A DNA stretch of 64,000 nucleotides from Eledone cirrhosa. Its lineage: Eukaryota. Of the stretch, positions 45,302 to 57,319 are shown in pieces. Numbering within the stretch: the stretch's first letter is position 1; each line of letters begins with the position of its first letter. The position numbers and the translations under genes were made by a program. The DNA lies in NCBI GenBank assembly GCA_964016885.1, contig OZ024741.1:230578001-230642000 (forward strand). The letters run 5' to 3'. A model generated the notes under the pieces. It was not told the origin of the DNA. It saw only the letters and a program-made list of their open reading frames with translations, and searched no databases.

Positions 45302-45385
45302 ACCAATGCTTGCTAAGTGCTTCCTGTGTTACAGAAGACCCAGTTATCACTGAAGCTTGTAGGACCCAGTGTTCAGTAGAGGCGC
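45302..45385 (+). CDS. Cys-rich 84-nt exon, phase 1-1
   Basis: tttttttatcAG|...|GTAAGT. Open frame (D)QCLLSASCVTEDPVITEACRTQCSVEA. Confidence 0.7.
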
Positions 45386-45810
45386 GTAAGTATTCTAGTT
45401 GTTGAGTTTTATAATATCGTTTCCTATCCAATACATTTATTAGACTAGTTCTTTCTGCATTACTTTTTCGTTTCCTAAAATTTTGACTGACTGGTTTTTT
45501 TTGGAATTATCTCCCTACATATAAAAAAAAAATTAAATAGCCTCTAGAAGGAGAATTTTGTTTATAAATTTCATTGCTAACCACACTTAAATGAAATCAT
45601 TTCAACTCATTTTAAGATATATTTGAAGCCATGTTATGTTTATTTGATAAAAATTCTAATTCATTTTTTACCTAAAGGTTGGTAATGACACTCAATCGAA
45701 TAAGCCTTTTTAACATTTTCAGCTTGTTTTTCCTCCTCCTCATTACCATTATCATTATCACCCTCTAAAATATATACACATCTGAATGATTACTATTTCA
45801 TATATTACAG

Positions 45811-45960
45811 TCGACTGCCCACCTTTTCTTGATTGGTTTGGACTAGACAAAAAATTTCAATGTCACTGTCAATCTCTTCGTTATTGTGAATTCACTAAAG
45901 GCGGTGATTGTCAAAATAGAACGTGTTTGAAAGGCTATGAAGGTCGAACTTGTCAAATAC
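45811..45960 (+). CDS. EGF-like (MEGF/laminin-type) 150-nt exon, phase 1-1
   Basis: ttacAG|...|GTAAGT. DCPPFLDWFGLDKKFQCHCQSLRYCEFTKGGDCQNRTCLKGYEGRTCQI shows the WFG..QCHC..C..G.C..C..GY.G.TCQ pattern of molluscan EGF-repeat receptors. Confidence 0.85.
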
Positions 45961-46357
45961 GTAAGTAAAATATTGTGTAATGTATATTAATGTGCCAATA
46001 TCCTATGACAGCTAAACCTAGTTGTTAAAGTAGCAGTAATTATGAATCCTCTCATTTTCTGTCACCCTGGGTTAAGTGTTTTTTTTCTCCATAGTATAAT
46101 ACTAGCGTCAGTTTTATGTCAAATTTTGCAAGATTTAGGGTGCATTTATAATTTAGCTACAGGACCGACACTCAGTTCATCCTGCGCTACATATATCTAT
46201 GTTTTTCATGAATATATTATATTTCATAACATGTGTGTAAATCTGTTCCAAACTCTGTAACTGACAGCCATCAGTTTCGACGATGAGCGTTTTAGCTGTT
46301 CGATAAAGAGAGCAGCCTGCTTGTGATATTAACGTGTAAGTGGCTGAGTGTGTTATA

Positions 46358-46792
<435 letters not shown>

Positions 46793-46999
46793 GTCTCATA
46801 TTAATGTAAATGTCAGAGATAATAATTCTGGTGAAGTGTGACAAGGCAGACACTTTCAATAACAATTACTGCCTACCCTTTCGTTTTCCAAACTGTTACA
46901 CTATACCCAACATCACACACACGTCATGGGTCGATCTGAGGCTATAGTAAATGACACGCGTCCAAATTATGATTTTTCCTGACATAATGGTTGTAATTC

Positions 47000-49900
47000 A
47001 TCATCATCATCATTATTTTACGTTCGCTTTTCCCTGCTTGCAAGGGTTGGACAGGTCCTGTTCAGCACAGCATCTCTCCACTTATCACGGTCCTTTGTCA
47101 TCTCCTCCGTGAGTCTTAGCGATCTGAGATCTGCACTCACCACCTCCGCCCATGTTTTTCGTGGTCTATCTCTACTGCGTCTTCCCTTCATTGGGACTTC
47201 CTGGCACTTCTTTACCCAGCGGTCATCCTCCATGCGCATCACATATCCATACCATCTCTGTCTTCTCTCCTGCACACCACAAATTATCCTTCTTATACTC
47301 AGTTTCTTTCTCAACTCGTCTATGCTTGACATTGCACATCCAACGGAGCATGCTTGCTTCATTTCTCTCCATCCGTCGCATATCCTCTGTAGTTGATGCC
47401 TATGTCTCACTACCATGCAGCATCGCGCATCTCACACAGGCATCATATAACCGACCTTTCGTACGCAGGGACAAACCCTTCTTTGTCAACAGAGGGAGCA
47501 GTTCCCTAAACTTCTTCCAACCCGTCCTTATTCTAGATAATATGGCCTCGGAACACCCCCTCCCATGCTAATCTTATCACCTAGGTACCGGAAGCTATCA
47601 ACCACTTCTATAGAAACCACCTGCATTGGAAAAATGTGTCTATCACTGCGATTACTACTGCCAACTTTCCCTGTACATCTACTGCATTCGTCGTTTTCCC
47701 TACCTGTTAGTTTGCCTGCTATCCCACTACATCCCTTGTGTACCCAAGATCTGCATTGCGCACATTTTATGGAATTTATGTCAGTTCCTTTCCTATATAT
47801 CTTATCGAACTTGGCCATTTCCCTGGTGGAATTAGAGTATTGTCCTCTCTTCTACTTATCAACACCTTTGTCATAGCTATATTAACTCTCAGTCCCCTTG
47901 ATTCCAACTGCTGGTTCTATAGCCAGAATTTCTCCTCTAGCTCCTCTACTGATTCTTCTATAAGAACCAGATCATCAGCATAGAGAAGTTCCCATGGGCA
48001 TCCAGTTTTAAACTCCTCTGTTATGGCTTGGAGGACTATAATGAACAAGAGCAGGCTGGGGACCGAACCTACTTGTATCTGGAATTCCTCATTACATTCC
48101 ATTCCTACTCTAACTTTACTGACAACACCCCTGTACATAGCTTGCACTGTCTTCACAAGCCATTCTTCTCCACCTAGTTTCTTTCGGGATCACCAAGTGA
48201 CAGATCGAGGTACCCTATCAAAGGCCTTCTCTAGGTCAACAAAAGCTAAGTATAGTGGCTAAGAACCTCTAAGAACCTCTCTTGTAGTTGCCTCACTAAG
48301 AAGAGGGCATATGTTGTACTTTTCCGAGGCACAAAACCAAACTGCATCTCATCTAATTTAACCCTTTCTCTTATCAGTTGCGCTAATATTCTCTCTGCCA
48401 CTTTCATAACCTGATCCATCAGCTTTATGCCCCTATAATTGCTCCTCTCCAGAGCATCCCCTTTACCTTTGTAGCAATTTATGAGAATACTGCTGCACCA
48501 GTTTTTGTGTATAACACCACCATATATAGCTTGATTGATAATGCGTGCAACCAGTTTAGTGCCTACTTCTCCTGATGCCTTCAGCATCTCAGCAACTATC
48601 TCCGATGGTCCAGCAGCCTCACCATTATTCATTTCCTTAATTGCCTCTTGTACCCTATATTCGTCAATCTCAATAGCTGGTCCCTCTTTCGGGTCTACTG
48701 GGGGTCTCCACATTCATCAGTCTCTCATAATGACATTTCCAGGCCTCCTTTATTTTATCATTCGTGACACTAAGTATACCAGCATCATTCCGGACACACT
48801 TATCACCAACAGCATCCTGATTTGCACTGACGCACTGCCTTGCAATGCGGAACACCCCACGTCTCTGATCTTCCCGTCGCAGAACACTGGCAAACCTCCT
48901 ACTCTCAGCCTCCCTGCGTGCTAATTACACCTGACGTCTAGCTTCTGTCTTAACGGTTGTGTATTCTTCTCTACTCCCCCCATTTTTCCAAGCCTTCCAT
49001 GCCAGTCTTTTGTCTCTAATGGCACTATCTACCGTGCTGTTCCACCACCAGGCCACTCTCTGTCTAGTTGAAGCTCTGCTCCCACCATAAATTTCTTCAG
49101 TAGCCTGCAGTAATTTGTCACGCAAGAAATTCCAGTTATCATCTGTCATACAACTCTAAATCGTCTTCTTTTTCGTCATACACATCTTGAAGGGCTTTGC
49201 TAAATTTATATTTTAATGAAAGGACTTTTAGCTTCTAGACCTTTCTTTTCCACACTTTCATGTATGTCTCATTCTTTCTCTTGCTTACTGAGCTGTCACT
49301 AACGACTAACCTATGCTGTGGGGTACATTCTTCCCCGGGTATGCCTTAGTATTTGACAGCATCTGTCTATCTCGCTGTCTAACTAGCAGGAAGTCAATTT
49401 TGCTTATGTGCTCGTCTGATTTGTAGGTTATTGGGTGGTTGGTAGGTTATTAGGTGGTTGGTAGGCTTCTGGAAGTGTTGCAAATGGTTAGTGTACTTGC
49501 ATCACAAAATTCAAGAAGCCTCACTCCTTCTTCATTTCTTGAGCCATAACCGTGCCCCCCATGTACCCCAGTGTATCCAACCTGGAGCTGTCCAACATGA
49601 CCATTGAAGTCCCCTGCTAGCATAACGATGTCTCTGTCCTCTGTCATTGAGGATGTCTGTAAAAGTTGCTCGTAAATACAGTCTTTCTCTTCTTTACCTA
49701 GGCCTACCTGGGGAGCATAGGCAGAGATGATTGTCAGTAGTCTCTTGCCTACAACTAATCTAAGCTTAATTATTCTATTACTAACTCTAACTACCTTTAT
49801 TGTCTTCTCTATCCATCTCTCAGCCAGTAATATGCCCACCCCACCTAACCCATCATCATTATCCACCCAGAAAAGCTTATAACTAAGATGTTTGCCTGTG

Positions 49901-50130
49901 ATTAGTCTTGAAGAGGCACCTCTCCATCTCACCTCTTGCGCACAGCATACATTCACACGCCTTCTCTCCAGCATCTCCGCTGTCTCACCAGATCTACCTG
50001 TTTGAGTGCCAACATTAAGTGTGGCAACTCGGAGATGCATGTATTGTCCCGTAACTCCTAATAGTGTAGTGCGGGTTCTTTATTGACCTACGGCGTTTCT
50101 CGGGCATTTTAAGCCTGGCGGTGCCCATCC
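47000..50130 (-). mobile_element. RTE-clade LINE, near full length (APE endonuclease plus RT), degenerate
   Basis: LRVATLNVGT, QEVRWRG, SAYAPQVG, GDFNGHVG, KGKGDALERSNYRGIKL, QFGF, ELLYADDLV, RRQRWYG. Confidence 0.95.
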
Positions 50131-50219
50131 CTCTCCAAACCTGAGCATAGCAGATTTCTTCCAGAGAAAGATAGAAAGTGACAGAGAGAAGATATGAGAA
50201 AGAGATAAAGAGGAACAAT

Positions 50220-50360
50220 CCACCCCAGTACTAGACTGGTACCTATATTTATCGACCTCGACAGGATGAAAAGCAAAGCTGACCTCAGCGGGTTTTGAAT
50301 TCAGAGCGACAGAACGAATACCATCTGGCTTTCTAACGTCTCTGTCAATTCGCCGCCTAT
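50220..50360 (-). mobile_element. tRNA-type SINE
   Basis: ttatcgacctcgacaggatgaaaagcaaagctgacctcagcgggttttgaattcaga is homologous to 11730-11785. Confidence 0.75.
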
Positions 50361-50478
50361 ACATCCATCATACAAACACACACACATATATATATATATA
50401 TATAGGCAAAGACACTTAGACTCACACACACGCACATAAATATATCGCACACATATTTTTCCCGTTTTATCATATACA

Positions 50479-50671
50479 CTAGCAGAAAAACCACCCTTTG
50501 GGTGGTTTTCTGCTAGCATGTGTAGTGTGTATATTGATATTATAAGCAATATAAACGTTATGATATAACGATGCAAATATATGAACGTTTATATGTTGGA
50601 AGTGTGTGATTGCTATCAAGACTTCCTTCAGATAAGTTTATTTTTATTTGTATGTCTCCAAACTTTTCGGT

Positions 50672-50744
<73 letters not shown>

Positions 50745-53450
50745 ATATCACAAAAGAAACGGAGAATTACAATTGTTTCTCTGGCGACAAGCTCGAGGCA
50801 CGATCGATGTAATGATCGAACCTGACTCTGAAATCGCAAGATACTCAGATACGTCTTGATTCTTCGAAGCACAGTGTCCAAATGTCCAGTTACACCCTCG
50901 GCCTTCGCTTGCCAACTTTAAATCCTGTTGTTGTCTGTCGATGAGTGGTCAAGAATTGTACACGTCATCGGTATTTTTGACTACTCATGGCTGTCATTTA
51001 TTTGGTTCCTTTCGTATGTCACCTGTCAATCAAAGTTGTTTTTTATATTGGAAGGAGGTAAGGAGTTGGATTATTGAAACGCTCGCGCCCTGTCGCAGCC
51101 TTCCCGGCCTGTAGACGTCTACACCCATGTCCATGTTTCGCGCAGGCGTGATACATATGGGCACGTATGCACCCACAACAATCATATACACTCCCGCAAC
51201 TGTATTACATGCGACAATCACAGTAAATATTGAATGTGCACCGAATACTGAGAAACAATTTTTTTTAAATTTAAAAACATAAAAAAAAACGTTTCAGAAA
51301 AGCACACCCTCAAAATGCCTTTAAAAACACGCATTTCAAATTTAAAAAAAAACTTTTACAAAGAACATTTTTTTAAAAATGCTTGAAAGAGCCTTTCAAA
51401 AAAATTATTTCAAAAGTATTTTTGATAAATATACTTACGCATACACACACACACACACACACAGAACTCAGGAAAGCATATATACTTAAGAGGCAGCACA
51501 TACATACAGATGTATATACGGAAAATCTACACATATGCATACACCTACACAGACATGTTCATACACATAGACATGCATACACATGCATGTATACATATAT
51601 GCATGCATACACGTACATACGTGTACCCACGTATGGGTATGCTTTTACATCTCAAAAAGCACATACTTGATGAATACCTACATATCCACACACACACGCA
51701 ACTGTGCACATGGCGCATAAAATATTATATGAGAAAATATACTAATGACAGATAACATGGGGGGGGGGGGCACATATATGAATGCGTGTACGTGCATAAA
51801 ATAAAATAAAATATTTGAAAAAGAAGAAGAAGATGCAAACGAGGTAACTGTTCACGCCACCCGAACAATATCGGGATGTACATAAATTTGCATAAGATAC
51901 TTAAAGAATGTGGTGCATAGGGTTATATAAGATACAGAAGGACTGACGATCCAAGGGACTGGGTAAGAACCTACACATCAATCATGCACATGAGACAGAT
52001 TTCATGACAAGTGGACACAGGGGACCGTGTAGGTACACACAAACAAGTTATATATTGTGAATGTGTAGAATATCCTTTTTATAATAGTACATGGAATGGA
52101 TGCATAAATGGAATATATCGGGAATGTGTAGAATATGTTTCATAACAGTATATATGAAATGTGTGTGGAATGGATGCATAAGTGGAATATACCAACGGCT
52201 TGTGTTATAAGCATGTATATAGCAACGGCAGGCAAAGTTGGAATTAACTACAACATTAATCTTAAGTCCAGCATCAAGTTCAACATTAAAGTTGCAAATT
52301 AAACATCAAGAATCGAAAATTAAAAATTAAAAATCCAAAATTTAAATTCAAATTCAAAATCACAGATAAGGTTGTAAACAAAATCAGACTTATATTGAGT
52401 CGGCGTCCCCAAGTTGGTGCGACGGTGTTATCCAAGGTACGTGACGATGTAGCTATCGTTGGATCGGCCGCTGATTTCAGCTTGTTCCGACGTGCAATAG
52501 TTGGTATGCTTTGGCATGTCATGGTCCGCTGCAAGCGTCTCATCTGGCATTATCGAACTGGTAGGACCTTAGATAGACCCATCCGAGGCCATAGTATCTA
52601 GAATAAGGACGGATTGGAAGAAATTTAGGGAGTTGCTTCCTCTGTTGACAAAGAAGGGTTTATCTTTACGTACCTAAGGACGGTTATATGATGCCTGTGT
52701 GAGATGCGCGATTCTGCATGGTAGTTAGACATGGGCAGCAACTGCAGAGGATATGCGACGGCTAGAGAGAAATGAAGCAAGCATGCTACGTTGGATGTGC
52801 AATGTCAATGTACGTGAACGACCAAGCATAGATGAGTTGAGAAAGAAACTGTGTATAAGAGGGGTAAGTTGTGGTGTGCAGGAGAGAAGACTGAGATGGT
52901 ATGGACATGTGATGCGCATGGAGGACGACCGCTGGGTAAAGAAGTGCCAAGAAATCCCAGTAGAAGGAAGATGCGGTAGAGGAAGACCACGGGAAACATG
53001 GTCGGAGGTGCTGAAACTCACGGACGAGATGACAAAGGACCGTGACAAGTGGAGAGATGCTGTACTGAATAGGACCCGTCCGACCCTTGTAAGCAGGGAA
53101 AAGCGGAAGTAAAATGATGATGATGATGATGATGATATATAAGTGATATAATATACCGTCCGTTATATCATAACCGGAAGTATTGACATTTGAAAATCTT
53201 TTAAAGAAGTGAATCTTAAAATAGGCAATCATTATATATAAGAATATTTATGTTTAATCAACAGCTTCAAAATTTAGTACATAATATTCATGTAATATTC
53301 ATTCGTACCAGTGATGCACTGGCTAATTACTGGCCTTGTGCCTAAAGTAGAAACAATTATTTATTCAACTTATCCGACTTATTTTACTAACGGGATAAAA
53401 AAAAAATCTTCAGGATAGAGTTCCGCACTCCTCTCTTTATTATATTATAT
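50479..53450 (-). mobile_element. Helitron copy split by nested insertions
   Basis: 50479-50600 and 53170-53450 align to the two ends of 26547-27028. Confidence 0.65.
52610..53135 (+). mobile_element. RTE 3' fragment
   Basis: ORF 52753-53112 RRLERNEASMLRWMC...ERRLRWYGHVMR. (TGA)n tail. Confidence 0.9.
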
Positions 53451-53452
53451 AT

Positions 53453-53525
<73 letters not shown>

Positions 53526-53649
53526 TATATATATATATATATATATTGGGTGTAGGATGCTTCAAAGCGTCCTTATGTGGTAGGCCGTTTGAGCACTCGA
53601 TGCTCTTACAGAGCAGAGTATAATATCACATTTGGAAATTCTGCTTCGA

Positions 53650-54833
53650 GACGTAATACTTGTTGATTATAGATAAGCTCTGGAGCAAAATGACCTACCT
53701 GCGCACTTGGTCGAGTGTTCTACCCTGCATACTAAAGTGTCGGTAATTAACCAACAGAAGCTCTTATTAAAATTATATATGTGTGTGTGTGTGTATGTGT
53801 GTATGTGAGAGAGAGAGAGGGGGGGAGAGAGGGGGAGAGGCGGAGAGAGGGAGAATGAGTGTGTGTGTGTGTAGGTATTTCGTAATTCTAAAGAAATACG
53901 GTATGTTTATAAATAAAAATATAGAAAGCCGTAGCTATGCAAAAACACCCGCAGCTATAGCTACCTAGTGGTGTCCAGCAGAAGCAAGGGGGACAATCGT
54001 CGATGCATTTCGAACTGAAATGTTCTTATCAAGACGGCACCTTCCTCTCTAGCAACTGCTGGACATGAAAAGAACAGGCGGGAATATATAGTTTTCTCGT
54101 CTGTGTAAATGAGATGATTAATCTCATATATATATATGTATACATAAATAAATTTAGTCCTTCATCAGTGATGTTCCAGCCTTCATTTGTATTTCATCGC
54201 TTTAAAGACCATATACCTCTGTTTGGTGCGAGCAACGGCTAAAGAAAGTCGTTGGGACACGTAAATAGGGGGAACGAATGCAACGAAAAATGAGGAAGAG
54301 GGAGTCAAATCCCTGAAAATGATGAACATAAGTTCTATGAAATCGTAGACGAGAGAGAATAAAAACCATCCGACCTGGTCGAAGTGTGAGTGAGGAAAGA
54401 ATCTCGCACAAGTCAAACGGGAGGAAGTAGGAGAGAGAGTAGCAGAGAGTGAGTGAGTGAGTGAACGTGTTAGGAAGAGGCTAACAGAGAGAGTGACTGG
54501 TAGAGGGGGTAAAAGGAAGTGAGAGATACAGAGAAAAGGTGAAGCAGTAAGAAAGAAACAGACGGATCACAGCGGAGGAAAATATATATGAAAAATATCC
54601 TTCTTCCTCACTTTTCGTTGCATTACCATCTTTGTTTGTTTACTGTCTCGCTCGTTCCCCCTATTTACGTGTCCCAACGACTTTCTTTAGCCGTTGCTCG
54701 CACCAACCAGAGGTATATGGTCTTTAAAGCGATGAAATACCAATGAAGGCTGGAAGATCACTGATGAAGGACTAAATTTATTCATATGTAACCCATTTGC
54801 AACCACGCAGCACGCCATGTTTTCATATTTTTC

Positions 54834-54899
<66 letters not shown>

Positions 54900-54936
54900 T
54901 CGTATCTTTCATATATGCTTCAAGCAAGTTACAAAA

Positions 54937-54974
<38 letters not shown>

Positions 54975-55002
54975 TTTTGTAACTTGCTTGAAGCATATAT
55001 GA

Positions 55003-55072
<70 letters not shown>

Positions 55073-55332
55073 GGGTGTGTATCATTGTGTATAGAAGATT
55101 ATATTAATAAAAGGAATTCCAACTTTTTCTGATTTACTCGTTTTAGTTGAAAATTGCACACTTGACTGTCACCACAGAATATGAACCTGAAGATTGCGAA
55201 AGCATGAAAGTACTTGTTCAATTAACACTTAACTTTTAATATTCTACCATACCATTTCATTCTAATACGATTATAAATTTGAAAGGATTGTAAATAAAAC
55301 GAGTAAATCAGACAAAGTTGGAATTCCTTTTA

Positions 55333-55403
<71 letters not shown>

Positions 55404-55835
55404 TTAATCACCTCATTTACACAGACGAGAAAACTATATATTCTCGCCTGTTTTCATGTCCAGCAGTTGCTAGAGAGGGAGGTGCCGTCTTGATAAGAAC
55501 AGTTCTGTTCGAAATGCATCGACGATTGTCCGCCTTGCTTCTGCTGGACAGCACTAGGTGGCTATAACTGCGGGTGCTTTTGTATAGCTACGGCTTTCTA
55601 AATTTTTATTTATAAACATACCGTATTTCTTTAGAATTACGAAATACCCCCCCCCCCCCCCCACACACACTCTCTCTCTCTTTCTCTCTCTCTCTCACAC
55701 ACATATATATATATGTAATTTTAATAAGAGTTTATGTTGGTTAATTACCGACACTTCAGTATGCAGGGTAGAACACTCGACCAAGTGCGCAGGTAGGTCA
55801 TTTTACTCGAGAGAATATATATAATCAACAAGTAT
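53650..55835. repeat. Nested inverted-repeat complex of PLE-derived pieces
   Basis: Arms 53650-54125/55398-55835, 54150-54290/54600-54785, 54900-54940/54970-55003 and 55100-55145/55296-55338. Confidence 0.85.
55182..55220 (+). ncRNA. Minimal hammerhead motif
   Basis: tgaac-CTGAAGA-t-tgc(gaaa)gca-t-GAAA-gtac-TT-gttca. Confidence 0.7.
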
Positions 55836-56689
55836 AAGTCAGAAGGTTAAAATTAACTTCGATTATTCATAGTCGCTGTTATATATATTTTGGTGATAAC
55901 CGTTATGCAACAGCTATGACCACATGAGACAGCTAGAATTTGAATTGAAAAAAAAAACAGAAAAAAATAACGATGGAATAAAGTTTACTACTGCTGCTTC
56001 GATACTATAATATGCTCCGTGCTGAATTATGGTGTTTCCTTCTAAAGGCAGCTGTAGCATATATACGTATATATATATATATACAAAAAGTTATGAAACG
56101 AAAGGAGCTGTGTGGTTACTAAAAACAAGGTTTAGGATGGTGGTTAGGACGGAACAGGAGGAGAAAGGAAGAAAGGAGTTTCCATCGTCATCTGTAAATG
56201 TATCCCGAACCGATGTTTCGGCGCTGAATTACAGGACATCGGTATAGTTCGGGTGCGCTCGAGGCCTTTTATTAATCAAAAGGCCAGGTGGAAAAGGAGT
56301 GAGAAAGAGAGAAAAATAGGGAGAGAGGAAGAAGGGGAAAAATAGAAAAGGAATAGAAGAAAAAAGTGTGCAGATCCCATCATGGGAAGACACAGGTGAA
56401 AGAAACATGCAAAAAGGTAACCGTGGAAATATAGGGAAAGTAAGTTGTGGCCAACCTGGGAGACTTTAGCCTGGTGGTCAGCTACGACTCTGAGCTGGTA
56501 TGATCGTACTGCCTCTCGCATAGACAGGAGAAGGTGAGAGAGAGATTCGGGCAACCAAAAGTGAGGAGGAGAAGGGAATGGGAGATAATCGGGAACGTTT
56601 TTTTTACGACGGTTGTAAAAACGTGCCGCAAAAATTATATATATATATATATATATAGCGCGTCTAAATTTCCCGAGATCCATGGACGA

Positions 56690-57240
56690 GTTCTCTCCAG
56701 CGGACTCTGTTCCTCGTGATCACTGCCATGTCCTGCATCTCCAAGACACCAGTGTCTGTCCTTGGGGCATCAACATATGTCAACCTCGGTCTACCACTTC
56801 AAGGGCGTCGGTGCAGGGACTCAAACAGGAGCACCGAATGCAGTGTCAACTCTGGATATCGGTGAGCATGTCCAGCTAACTTCAGTCTCCTCTGTGCTAC
56901 TTTCGAGCTGACTTTTGGGAGGCTCCCGTACAGCTGTGAGATCTTCATCCTCAGTGTATACTGATTAATGTTCAGAGCCATGCTCAGCAGTCTCGTGTAG
57001 CATCCATCCACCATCTGAGTGATTTCTTGGTCAGTGTCCAAGTCTCAAACCCGTGCAGCAGCACATACTCAACTGCAGCAACCAAGAGAGGGATCTTCAA
57101 GTTTCTACGATGGTCCGACTTCCACACCGCTCTCAGAGTGTGGCACACCTCCCAAGCTTTGCTCTTCCTCTCAACCACATCATCTTCTGTATTCCCAATC
57201 TTTGGTCCCAGATACAGGAAGTCCTGAACCGATTATAGCG
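56690..57240 (-). mobile_element. RTE-X-like LINE 3' fragment
   Basis: AAVEYVLLHGFETWTLT, DGCYTRLL.MALN, LYGSLPKVSSKV.QRRLKLAGH. Confidence 0.85.
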
Positions 57241-57259
57241 GCTTCTCGCTATATATATA

Positions 57260-57317
<58 letters not shown>

Positions 57318-57319
<2 letters not shown>

